DNA of 64,000 nucleotides from assembly GCF_964355755.1 (NCBI RefSeq), contig NC_092671.1, forward strand, positions 11,656,001-11,720,000, written 5' to 3'. Position numbers and translations under genes: made by a program. The stretch is from Antedon mediterranea (Eukaryota; Animalia; Echinodermata). The notes under the pieces were generated by a model that was not told where the DNA came from, did no database searches, and saw only the letters and a program-made list of their open reading frames with translations. Shown piece by piece: positions 29,893 through 42,140 of the stretch (position 1 is the stretch's first letter; every line of letters begins with the position of its first letter).

Positions 29893-30364
29893 TACTGAAG
29901 CTGATTCATGCGTTCAGTGAAAACAAATATTGGCATCAAATTACTGTGTACTATTCCATGCTACAACAGCTATGTACAATTACAGCATTAGAAACATTCC
30001 ACTATGTTTTTGACCGTAGAATCAGATTTTAAAATTATGGTTCCTGCTTGTTCCCCTATATGCTATTTAGATTAAAGTTGGAAAACTAGCTGTGCATGAA
30101 AAAAGGTGTGTGAGTCTATACATTTTTGGGATTTTTTTGGTCAATAACCAATTTTCCATATGTGTTTAACAACAGTTGACCTTCAAAGTTAATACAGGGA
30201 TATTCCATGATGTAGTGTATACTGTAGCTCTCTTTTGTTGAGTATTCAATAAATATCCCGGATTAAAAATCCTAAATTAAGTCATGGAAGAAGGATGGTA
30301 TATTTTAACAAATTTTTTAAACTTTAAAAACTGCAGTAAATGAACTTCTTTATTTATTTTATAT

Positions 30365-30716
30365 ATTCACTGATGAAGGGCTAGTGTTGCCCGAAAGCTC
30401 TGCTAACTTTTCTGGCTGTTTTACTTATCGTTTTGATTTAGCTTTTTTGCTTTTTTTTGTATCTCCATTGAGATCCAGTCACTGATACCCACAGATTTTT
30501 ATTTTTTTTTAGTAATTTGCCTTTGGATTTATATATATTCCTTCACTTGCACTGATGAAGGGCTATAGTGTTGCCCGAAAGCTCTGCTAACTTTTCTGGC
30601 TGTTTACTTTATCGTTTTGATTTAGCTTTTCGCTTTTTATTTTTGTATCTCCATTGAGATCCAGCCACTGATACCCACAGCATTGTCATTTTGTTCAGTA
30701 ATTTGCCTTTGGATTT
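30365..30716 (+). ncRNA. Two tandem ~184-nt repeats, each with a minimal type I hammerhead ribozyme (Penelope pLTR / retrozyme-like)
   Basis: CTGATGA-A-GGGC-loop-GCCC-GAAA-GC-TC at 30370-30400 and 30552-30584; a degenerate inverted copy lies at ~43435-43562. Confidence 0.8.
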
Positions 30717-30850
30717 ATATATATATATATATAAACACATCAGGCAATGAACATTATTTCTAAACCGCCCGGTGATATACTGTACTGAAATTTTTAATTA
30801 ATTAATTTGAAACGATAAAGATGAGGAAATCTGTGAGAATGAGAAAAAGT

Positions 30851-30921
30851 CGCCCCAACCGAGACTCGAACTCGGACCGCCTGCTTGATAGGCAGATGTC
30901 CTAACCATTAGACAACTGGGC
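30851..30921 (-). pseudogene. tRNA-Asp-like sequence (ATC loop) inside an element flanked by (TA)n
   Basis: A-box-like TTGTCTAATGG, anticodon arm CTGC/GCAG, T-loop GTTCGAGTC, T5 terminator; acceptor stem poorly paired. Confidence 0.65.
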
Positions 30922-31396
30922 TTTCATGGTATTGTTCAAACTCGATTGGATATCGACTCTTTAACATTCTCGGCGTGGTACGGCGGAACAGCACTAGTCC
31001 TCAGTTGTACGCACGCGCACCAGAGATCAAATTGATACACCCTCATATATATATATACAGTTTTTAAGAACACTGTAGCTGAAACTCCCGGGGGGTCACT
31101 TGTATATAAACCATTTTACTGAAAAATACTATGGACTTGAACTACCATTTACCAAAATCCAGTGTTCTCTAAAAAGACGGCAGAAACAAGGCCACGCCAG
31201 AGAGGGCGCAATATTTGTACTGGTTCCCGGCATGATCTGCGCATGGCCAAAGAGACATGGCAAAATCACGAACGTGTTTTGACAAGTTTATCGCTCGTCC
31301 GCGCGGTGCATGACGACGATGATCAAGAGTGGTCACAGTTGAATGATTTTGTCCTAGGCTATGTTTCGTGTTCTTCTGCTGATGCGAAAACTCTAG

Positions 31397-32155
31397 GGTC
31401 GTGTTCGTACGGTGGTTAAAATAAGCGCTTAATTTCACCCATAGCCTTGGGTTATAAATTGAGCGTCATTCGTACTTGAAATATTTAACCGCTTAAATGC
31501 TTAATCGACGAATCACGAACTGGAAATTACGTTTCAAGGTCAATTGTCCTTATACTGTAACCTACGACCCCATTTTCGCGCGCTAGTTTCGTGTTGTATT
31601 TTTTTTACTCGCGATCTTTCTTTACATTACAATAACAATTTTTACACTGCTTATCTTTGCGACAAACCTTATGCCTCTTAATGCCGATAATCCTGCCGAA
31701 ATATGCCTTCTTCTGACGACCATTATTTTACTCCTTGACGAAGAATTTGAGCCCAACGTTACACGAAACACCACCGACCAGCTAGGCCTACTAAGCGGTC
31801 TACACCAACAGGGACAGCACCAGCTGACGATCGCTCTCGTAGCGTGTACAGAAGAGCTTCGTAGGAGAAATGACAGGCCTAGGCAGCGAACGTTTGTATT
31901 CCGATCGGACCACTGGTGGACTGTTTGTGTTCTAGAAAATTTTGTTTACAAATTGAAAGGTCAAAATTTGACACAACGCCTCTATCGGAGATTTATTATC
32001 CCCGAAGGCCGAGTATAATTGGATTATCGCTGAAATAACCTGCAAATTTGGTGAACATTTTGCCTCGCATTTTTTGTAGCCTGAGGCAAAAGTTAATTGG
32101 GCAACGTGAACGGAAATTGGGAAAGCTGGTATTTTCAACCCCTACGAACAGGCCC
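31397..32155 (+). mobile_element. PIF/Harbinger-like deletion derivative (nested)
   Basis: 3-bp TSD TAG; imperfect TIR GGTCGTGTTCGTA / TACGAACAGGCCC; ORF fragment RSDHWWTVCVLENF resembles a Harbinger transposase N-terminus. Confidence 0.6.
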
Positions 32156-32546
32156 TAGGCCTATTCAAAGGGGTATTTAGCGATGGGCTTATATAGCCGG
32201 CCGATAGCCGGGCTTATAGCATCCATTATGCTAAAATACCTGCAAAATTTGGCGATAAATCGTGACATTTTGACACGGGTGGGCGGGCCAGGGACTAATT
32301 AAACTACTAATTTCACCCTGTCATTTCCCACACTTGTGCTACCAACTCTCCATGATTTCCCACACTTGTGCTACCAGGCCCTCGAAAATATACCCGTAAA
32401 TGCGGCACCTCCCCATATTGAAATATTTAAGAGTGACCCCCCTGGGGCCCAGCGATGGGCTTATAGCATCCAGTATGCTAAAATCCCTGCAAAATTTGGC
32501 GATAAATCGTGACATTTTGACACAGGTGGGCGTGCCAGGGACTTAA

Positions 32547-33151
32547 CACATTGACTGCCAAGGCATTTTCCGTAATTTCTGTCCCAGTGCCAAGTCCCGT
32601 TTACATATTAAATTACAGTTTGAAAGTGTAACATCTGGTCACAGACTATCATGATGTCATTCAAAATACGATGGCGGGAAAAACCGTTGAGACGTATAAA
32701 TACGTCACTGGCAATGGTCCAACAATTTTATTGACTTTGCCAGGAACGTAAATATACGTCGGGGATTTTCCGCGCTAAAATCGGTCAAACCTATCATCGA
32801 GAGATAAAAACAGTAAACCACACTGAATCATTTCATCCTTTATTATTTTTATTTACTATTAGTGCAATTTATGACATGTTTGAGATGATTATATTGAGTG
32901 TGAGGGCGCCATCGTATCAACCATATTCAATGCATGAGGGAATAAACACAAACAAACATATGACATTTATTTTTAGATTATCGTTTACGTACATCATTCA
33001 TAAACTGCCATGCGATAATTCCTGTTCCAATCACCACTGCCAGCGATTCTACATACAATACAAAAGTGCTACGATTTTGACGTAGTATTACGTCTTGGCA
33101 AGTAGCGACACGCAATTTTTGACGTATAAATACGCCGTGGCAGTGAACGTG
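32547..33151. mobile_element. piggyBac-type MITE (nested)
   Basis: TTAA TSD on both sides; TIR CACATTGACTGCCAAGGC / GCCGTGGCAGTGAACGTG; the empty site is visible in the sister repeat at ~32292. Confidence 0.85.
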
Positions 33152-35362
33152 TTAAACTACTAATTTCACCCTGTCATTTAATTCCCACACTTGTGCTACC
33201 AACTCTCCATATTTTGCCACACTTGTGCTACCAGGCCCTCGAAAATATACACGTAAATGCGGCGCCTCCCCGTATTGAAATATTTAAGAGTGACCCGACC
33301 CACTCCCCCCCCCCCCCCATCCGGGCTGAAACTGCGCAACAACAAGGATAAATAAAGACAAATATTAATACAGAAACAGGAAATAAGAACAATGGATCTG
33401 TACAAGCTTTATTTACTTTCTTAAGACAGAAATGAAACTAGTTAGATTCTTTGATAAAGCACTTTCACTTCCTCCTTGGAGAAAAAGTCTTTAATATTTA
33501 AGGCATTTATATTGATATTATTTTAAAACCTACAGTACCAATTTAAAGTTTTCTTCAACTAGGGTTCCCGCTAAAGCATAGCCATATTCCCAATATCAAT
33601 TGTATAAGTACTGCTGTACGTCTATAGATACTAATAATTACTGTACAGTACAGTAATAAATCATGATTGTAATTAGATCAGAGATTTAGTAATAAATACA
33701 TATATGTATAAAGAAAATTTCCAATGAATGGATATAAGTTTCTGTCCCTTTTCTTTTAAACAATTTATATATAAATATAATCTTTATACTGTATTATAGC
33801 CAGGCCATAGTGAGAGGATAAAAACAGACCAGGCAAAGATGCTTTAAATATAGTTAATTATTAATATAAAATATGACGACCTGTGCTGGGGAACTAGGGT
33901 GGGTGGTGAAAATTGAAATGGCAAAAGAGGCGAAGCTGGCTTTGGCTCTGATTATTATAGGCATACACATGTAATCATTGTTGCTTTCTTCAGATTGTTT
34001 TGTATGCGTTGGAAAACTTACCTTAAAATGGTCCAAAATTAAGAATAAACTTAATAAATAGTATTACTAGGTTTGAATACTTCATCAAACCCTAGATTAC
34101 AACATAAATTTGATAAACATTTTTGTTAGCCTGCTGTAAAAATTTAGTGAAACTAGATGGTACGCTTGCTTCGCTCGCGTACCATCTAGGTCGTGCCCAC
34201 AGATGGTTCTCGAATACACAGTAATTTCAGCGTAACAAAACTGGCGATTTCAAATGTACGTACCGCAGGACTATAGGCGGGACTATAGGCCTATACATTG
34301 TCGTTTACAGAAACGAATAAATAGACACGATGATTTATGTAGTCAACTAAAATTAGCACCCTGGGAATTACTTCCGAAGGAGAAACTTATCACAAAATGA
34401 GTCCAAGTTTTTGATTTGGACTCATTTAAAGAAACCCAATTTGTGTTTTGTATAGTAACATTAGGGTTGAGGGATGGGAAAGCGGATAGGTACAAAGAGG
34501 AACAATTTTTAAATATATTCTTTATCCACTCAGTAACGAAATATTTTTTTCATGTTTTATAGGCCTATAAATAATATACCTCTAAATACAGTAAAACTTT
34601 TGCGATTTAATACTTTTTTTATTTTATTTATTTATTTATTTCTTTTAAATATTCATTGTACACTAATTTTCCCCGTGTATGGCAAGAGATTCCTAATTAT
34701 ATTAGAGAACATTCTTTATTTAGTTTAGTTAAAACTGTCACTGTCATAATCGATTGAAATATTAAAGTACCATGTCACGATACACCACTACGACGTTTAT
34801 ATTTGGTAATTATTAATTAATACAAACGTTGAGAAAGAACTGTCAGTATAAAGTTTATTTGTATATAATAATGTGTTTATATATCTAACAGTAGAGCCTA
34901 TCCACAATCTCGCAAGTTTATTCTCAAAGGGCCCATATATTTACCTACCGTATGTGTTAAACCAAGGGCTCATAAATTTACCTACAGTACTTGTGTTAAA
35001 CCAAGCTCTGGCAGACTGAGAGATTGGGATGTTCCATTCATCGCAAATCAATAGATTTGTATAATCGTATATTAAATCTATCAAAATAGTATTTTTTAAA
35101 GAAAATCGGCCTGTCTTCAACATTATGATGGTGTACTCTAGCTGTTCAACCGGTTTTCAGCTATTAAAAACAATTATCGTAGGAGGAGATAGGAAAATGC
35201 GAAGATGGACATCCATTATACAGTGTATACCACGGTCGGAAAACACCCCTATTTGGGGCAAATCTTGGAACCTAAATTCGTTTTAACCGTCAATAACTTA
35301 TTATCTAACTTAATTTAATTAGTAAACAGGGTTACATCAGGTGGTTAAAATCAGTACCGAAT

Positions 35363-38300
35363 TGTTATATATGCATGTTGTAACGACGCCTTTGGCGTGC
35401 CATAATTGTTCTCTCTCTTCTGAATAAATGTTTAGTTGTACACGCTGTGTTTAGAGCCCTTACTTTACATTATAATTTACTATATACAACATAAATTTTG
35501 GCGACGAGGATGAGCATGGCAGTTATAATAGGAAAGGTGGAAGAATTTGATTCATCTTTAGAAGCTTGGGATTCGTATACCGAACGGTTAGATCAATATT
35601 TTGTAGCCAACAAGGTCGATGATGATCGGAAGGTACCGGCATTGCTTGCACTCATCGGACCGAAAACGTACACGCTACTAAAGAATTTGTGTTCACCGGA
35701 GAAACCAGCGACACTGTCTTACGCAGATTTAATTACAAAGCTCACGACACATCTTTGCCCAAAGCCATCGGAAATCGCTGAACGATTTCGGTTCTACAAA
35801 AGAGAACAGCATAGCGGGGAAAGCATTGCTTCATACATTGCTGAACTACGAAGGTTAGCCATTCATTGCAATTTCGGAAACACTTTGACCTCGACACTGC
35901 GAGACATTTTCGTCTGCGGGTTGCGTCAAGAGAACATTCAGAAACGTTTACTGGCGGTTCATGACCTTAAATTAGATGATGCAATTAAAACCGCTGTAGC
36001 TATGGAAACAGCAAGTCGTGATGCTACAGAATTTCAGAAAACAAGGACACCAAATACTACAGGTGAGAGCAATGTAAATAAGTTTACTACAAAAAATTAC
36101 CAATCTAAAAGACACCAAGGTCATAAACAAAGTAAAGCATCTGCACACTGTTACAGATGTGGTAATACAGGCCATAAAGCTGATCGCTGCAGGCACATAC
36201 ATACTGTTTGCAATTACTGTTCCAAGGAAGGACATCTAGAAAAAGTATGCATGAAGAAAAAGAAAGACAATAATGTGTCAAAGCCTAACACTGGTAACCT
36301 TAAAAAGAATGTACAGTATGTACAGGGAGAGGAAGTCAACTATGAACCTATGCTATATGCAAATCATAAGTCAAAAGTGGAGCCAATTATAGTGGTTGCA
36401 TCTATAAATGGAAAGAAAATCCCTATGGAATTGGACACTGGATCATCAGTATCACTGATTCCAGAGTTGACCTACAAGAAAGCATTCCAGTCGTTACCAT
36501 TACAGAAAACTACAATTAGGTTGAAAACATATTCTGGTGAGACTATTGTACCAATAGGCATGCTAAATACTAAAGTGTGTCTTAACAATCATGAAGAAAT
36601 TGCAGAGTTATTGGTCGTTCCATTGAACGGACCAGCCTTATTCGGACGTGATTGGCTGAAGAAGTTTAAATTAGATTGGCATGAAATAAAAGCCATTGAT
36701 GAGGCAAAAGCAACAACTAAAGGTCTGGATGAAATTTTAGAAAAACATAAAGCTGTTTTTAAAGATGAATTGGGGAAACTGGAGAATATTAAAGCTAGTA
36801 TCTACATAACTGAAAACAGCAAACCACAGTTCCACAAGCCAAGAAATGTCCCATATTCAATGAGGGACAAGGTCGAAAAAGAGCTTGGACTACAAAATCA
36901 AGAGATTATTAGCCCTGTGAAATACAGCGAATGGGCAGCTCCCATTGTACCTGTACAGAAGAAGTCAGGGCAAGTTAGAATCTGTGGTGACTTTAAAGTT
37001 ACAATTAATCCTGTGATGAAAGTAGAACAGTACCCATTACCTAAAATAGAAGATATCTTTGCATCTCTAGCAGGAGGTCAGAAATTTACAAAAATTGACC
37101 TTAAACAAGCATATTTACAGATGGAAGTGGAAGACACTTCAAAGGAACTGTTAACTATTAATACGCATAAAGGGTTATTTAGATATAACCGACTTCCATT
37201 TGGTGTAGCCTCAGCTCCTGCAATCTGGCAAAGAGCGATGGACCAGGTACTGCAAAATGTACCCTTTACATCTTGCATATTGGATGATATGATCATCAGC
37301 GGAAAAACAACTGAGGAACACTTAAAAAAACTTGGACACAGTTTTAGAGAGATTAGAGAAATACAACTTAAGAGTAAATCGTGAGAAATGTGAGTTTTTC
37401 AAAGAGGACATCACATACTGTGGTCATGTGATAACTGAAAAAGGGTTACAGAAATCCCCTGACAAGATACATGCAGTTATCAATGCGCCAAAACCTGACA
37501 ACAAACAGCAAATGCGATCATTCTTGGGTTTAATAAATTACTATCGTAGGTTTTTGCCAAACTTATCGTCCATAGTCGCACCCCTGAATGAACTCTTACA
37601 AAATGAAAAAACTTGGAAATGGACAAATTCATGTGATGAAGCTTTTAAAGCGGTCAAAGAACTTATAACTTCAGACCAAGTTCTATGCCACTATAATCCT
37701 GAACTAACAGTTAAACTAGCCTGTGATGCATCGCCATACGGCCTTGGTAGCGTTCTTTCACATATTATGCCAGACGGAAAGGAAAGACCAATTGCATTTG
37801 CTTCTCGCTCCTTAACAAAAGCTGAAAAGGGCTATGCCCAAATAGATAAGGAAGCATTAGGACTTTATTGGGGAATACAAAAGTTTCATACTTACCTGCA
37901 TGGCCGACATTTTACTTTGGTTACAGATCATAAGCCGCTAGTAAGCATCTTGCATCCACAAAAGTCAATTCCAGCAATGACTGCTGCAAGACTACAAAGA
38001 TATGCCCTTTACCTATCTGGACATACATATGATATCGAATATCGCAACACGCATGCTCATGGGAATGCTGATGGATTGAGTAGATTGCCTATACCTACAG
38101 ATGTGATTGATTACGTCGATGAGGCATCTACATTCTACACCTCCCAGATTGAAAGGTTGCCGATATCAAGTACAGAAATACGGAAAGAAACACAGAAAGA
38201 TCAGATTCTGTCACACGTATTAGATACTGTTTTAAAAGGGACTAACAAACTTCCTGACAAAGAAGCGTACACACCCTACAAGCGCCGTCTTACAGAACTT

Positions 38301-39783
38301 ACTTGCCATCAAGGGTGTTTAATGTGGGGAAATCGAGTACTAATTCCAGATAGACTTCGTGCTGCTATTCTTAATGAAATACATGATGGACACATTGGGA
38401 TTGTTAAGATGAAAAACTTAGCTCGCTCTTACATCTGGTGGCCTAACATTGATTGCGAAATTGAACAAGTTTGTAAATCTTGTATCGGTTGCCAGCAAAC
38501 AAGCAAAATGCCAAAATCCGCACCAGTACACCCTTGGGAGTGGCCATCTGCCCCATGGGATCGCTTACATATAGATTTTGCAGGGCCATTCATGAACTCT
38601 ATGTTTTTAATTGTTGTTGACGCCCATAGCAAATGGCCAGAAGTTTATCCAATGAGATCTACTACAGCACAACTGACTATTGAGAAATTGCGAATTATGT
38701 TTAGCCAATATGGTATTCCCAGACAAATTGTATCGGACAACGGTCCTCAATTTAAGTCGGAGGAATTTACAGATTTCATGAAAGCAAATGGTATTCGACA
38801 TACCACATCATCCCCATATCACCCCAGAACAAATGGCCTAGCAGAGAGATTTGTGCAAACGTTTAAATTGGCCATTAAGCAAGCAAGAGGAAACAGTTGT
38901 TGTTCATTACAGCAACATCTGAGTACATTTCTGTTTAAGTACAGAACAACTCCTCATACACTTACCAAGGAAACACCTGCAAAATTACTCTACGGACGCA
39001 ATCTACGAACGCGTTTGGATCTTTTGAAACCGGATCTAACAGCTACTGTCTTGAAAGGTCAAGATCGTATGAAGTTTGCAAAACATTGTGGAACCAGTAT
39101 CCGAGAGTTTCAACCCGGACAATCAGTAATGGTCCGTGATTATCGTAACACAAACCAGAAATGGATACCAGCTCAAATACAAGGAAAAACTGGTCCACTA
39201 TCTTACACAGTTGACACAGGACTTGGAACAGTATGGAGGCGTCATGCTGATCAACTACACCCAACTATGGTGAATGTCACTCCTACAGAAATATTCACCC
39301 AGGATGACCATGTTCCAGAAATACTAAATCCAACAGACGCTCCACAATCAGATAACCTTACTCGAAATGTTAACGCCGACACACCTGTTACAACTGGCAG
39401 CGCATCTCTTACACAAGAAACTGCACCCATACGTCGATATCCAAAAAGAAATAATATTCGCCCACCAAAGAGACTAGACTTGTAAATAGACATGAAACAA
39501 GAAGTTGATTTTAGTTGAACTTTATTATTCATTATTGCATTGAAAGATATTATACAGAAAACTTTGATTGAAACATTATAATTACGAATGATTACAGAAC
39601 AGTACAGAACTCTAGAATCTAGTCTTTACTATTCTTAAAATGGTAGGGAGGATGTGTTATATATGCATGTTGTAACGACGCCTTTGGCGTGCCATAATTG
39701 TTCTCTCTCTTCTGAATAAATGTTTAGTTGTACACGCTGTGTTTAGAGCCCTTACTTTACATTATAATTTACTATATACAACA
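35363..39783 (+). mobile_element. Full-length Ty3/Gypsy LTR retrotransposon (Mag/SURL-like)
   Basis: Identical 129-bp TG...CA LTRs (35363-35491, 39655-39783); TSD CGAAT; PBS TGGCGACGAGGATG (35499-35512) complementary to the tRNA-Ser(GCU) 3' end; purine tract at 39642-39654. Confidence 0.97.
35510..39485 (+). pseudogene. gag-pol polyprotein (2 CCHC knuckles, protease DTG, RT, RNase H, integrase) with one frameshift
   Basis: ORFs 35498-37384 and 37332-39485 are split inside RT just after ILDD at an A7 run; domain order PR-RT-RH-IN. Confidence 0.93.
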
Positions 39784-40026
39784 CGAATGTACGAACCAAC
39801 TTTATATACCATCGAGTAAAAATTATAGAAGTAAGGCGCGATTTACCGAATTTTGCCCTTACGTAAATTTATATATAGATAGAACAGAATAGAACATCCT
39901 GGTTAGATGTAGGTCTATTATAATGCTTATAAATAAATAAATAACTACAAACGTATATAGCTACATGAGGTATAAGTTTAAAAAAGATTTACAAAAGAAA
40001 CTGATTAAAATAACCTGACAACCAAC

Positions 40027-40101
40027 CTCATCTTCCAGCTCATCAAAATCATCAAAATCAATCTCAAACTCGTCATCGACAATGGTGTTAAAAGCCATCA
40101 T
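40027..40101 (-). CDS. TRPM2: Candidate TRPM2 N-terminal exon 1b (MMAFNTIVDDEFEIDFDDFDELEDE)
   Basis: Acidic ATG-initiated ORF ending GAG|gttggt, phase 0. Confidence 0.55.
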
Positions 40102-40233
40102 GAAACTGAATGAAGTTTATTTGAAATAATTTCTAACTTCTCTCTCAGAATAATTTCCTGTCGGTGAATCACTTCTGGTATGAGTGTCACTTATATTAAC
40201 TCAGATTGGATACAAGGATCTGAAAACTTCACT

Positions 40234-41148
40234 GGGTCTGTTTCTGCTGAAAAAATCAAAATAATCGATTTTTTCCAGTCACCGCAAACCACAAAAATAA
40301 TCGCGTTGCAATTGAAAATTGCTACGACTTTAATCGGTTATTCAGGTAATCGGTTTTTAAAATCACGTCATCATTCCCCCACAGCGCAGTTCAAGTTATG
40401 AAAGGCCGATGAGAGTTGGTTTGTTTACATCCTATCGCTGCCTAAAACTCTCACATGTAGGATTAAAAATTACTCTTACGTAAAGCTTTATTATTTCTAA
40501 AATAAACATCTAGGCCTACTACCGATGATGTTATATTAATAAGGACACGTCGGCGAAAAAGGTTCGTTTCGCCGTTCGTTGGTTCTACCTTCGGCCTGCT
40601 AGGCCTAGAGGCATTATTCTTTACTCCATGCCTAGAGGCTATTATATTTCTACCGAAACAAGTCAACAGACAACAGGCCTACTAACAAATGACATGTAAA
40701 ACATCGTTAGCCTGAACTGGTGGTATGTAACGGGTGTACTTGTAACACAGAATCCCGGAGTCTCTCGGTATAATTCTCCCCCACAAAATAATAAAAATCA
40801 AATGTTTAACATTTGATTTTTATTCGGTCTACATCGCGATCGTGGTTTTGCTGATCGTCGTCGATATCGCGCAAATAAACAGCATGCTTTGTGACGTGAA
40901 TAAGTTTGTCATACTCTAGAGGTCAAAGTGAGGTCAATAATCGCTATTTGTGTTGCAGCTCAAAACTGCTCCGCAATAATCGGTTAAAACAAGAAATAAT
41001 CGATTAAAACACGCAATGGATTGAGTGTTTTTAATCGGTTATTTTTAATCGGTTATTTTATTTTGCGCCGTTTCTGCTGCCCAAAAATAATCGATTAAAA
41101 AAATAAACGGTTAATAATCGATTATTTCTGCTCAGCAGAAACAGGCCC
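40234..41148. mobile_element. PIF/Harbinger-type MITE
   Basis: TIR GGGTCTGTTTCTGCTGA / TCAGCAGAAACAGGCCC; 3-bp TSD ACT; subterminal AATAATCG repeats. Confidence 0.85.
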
Positions 41149-41937
41149 ACTGAGGACCACCAGGAATGTTTGTTGGGCATTCATCCAACCCTATTTTTTT
41201 TCTCCAGAGAATATTTAACTAACTTTGAATTGCAGTAAGTAGGAACTATTTGATGAATACTATTAAAAAAGAAACAACTAAAACAGAATTTGCATTTCAA
41301 ACCTATTTAGTTCTGCATCAGTAAAAAAAAAAGAAAAAAAACACAATAGAGGATATTTTTTGTTACTAATCACCCTACCTACTGTAGATGGATGCTAAAT
41401 GAATGTGTGTACAGTTATTGTATAATACTTGAAAAGATAGGCATTGTACGTGTTCTTAGCATAAACTAAATCCTTAGCATTAGCTTGCTTTCCACACCAT
41501 ATACACAGTAGACCTAATTCTAATATTATAAAATACTGTATATACAAAATTAAACCAACTTGATTTGATTTTTTAAATCAGAAAAAATGTAATTAAAAAT
41601 AATATTTTTTTTTGTGTGTGTTGGAATGTCAGAGGAATCCAAGAGCTGCACTTGGAGCGTGGCTTCCTTACTTCGTTTTATTCAAAGCAGGTCATTATTA
41701 TATTAATTTAAGCGCTCCCTATCCTGGATCTCCTGCTGAATGGAACTTACCAAATAAACTGATTTAAAAAAATGCATTCTGTACAGTACTGTTTTTTTAA
41801 ATAAATAATTGAACAATGGACGTGTTTTTGAGAAAGTAAATTATTTTTCAGGGCCATTTATGCCAACTTTCCAAATCTATAGATGGGTGTTGGGTGTGAC
41901 CCAATTCTTTGTATTACAATCAAATGAGATGTTTTAC

Positions 41938-42140
41938 CTCATTGTGGTTAAGAAGATTGACAGTGCTGCCAGACGTCCGTCGTTTTCTAGGTCTTCTTGC
42001 GGTAATGACGACTTTTTCCTTCTTTACCAAGCCCTCTGGTCCCACCTTATTCACAGTCAGGTTTAGTGTACTGCCTTCCTGAATTGATTGATTCAAAGCA
42101 GTTGACAAGCTATGCTTCATGTTTCTGATATTAAATAATC
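41938..42140 (-). CDS. TRPM2: Candidate TRPM2 N-terminal exon 1c (MKHSLSTALNQ...RRPRKRR...NHNE)
   Basis: Acceptor tttttgttcacag at 42141, ATG at 42120, phase-0 donor GAG|gtaaaa; possible upstream non-coding exon donor at 44484. Confidence 0.6.

Larger units (their letters stand above)
31087..33325. mobile_element. Non-autonomous DNA element with CCCGGG ends and 8-bp TSD, hosting two nested elements
   Basis: TSD CTGAAACT at 31079-31086 and 33326-33333; termini CCCGGGGGGTCAC / GTGACCC...CCGGG; right-end unit duplicated. Confidence 0.8.
34153..39879 (-). mobile_element. Non-autonomous Helitron (~1.3 kb) interrupted by the Gypsy element
   Basis: Minus strand A|TCTATATA 5' end at 39879; 3' hairpin GATGGTACGC-GAGCGAAGCAA-GCGTACCAT followed by CTAG|T at 34153. 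Confidence 0.7.

Noticed and set aside
37315-37340. Programmed -1 frameshift at the A-run
   Set aside because: The shift needed is +1 and lies inside RT; a mutation or assembly error is more likely.
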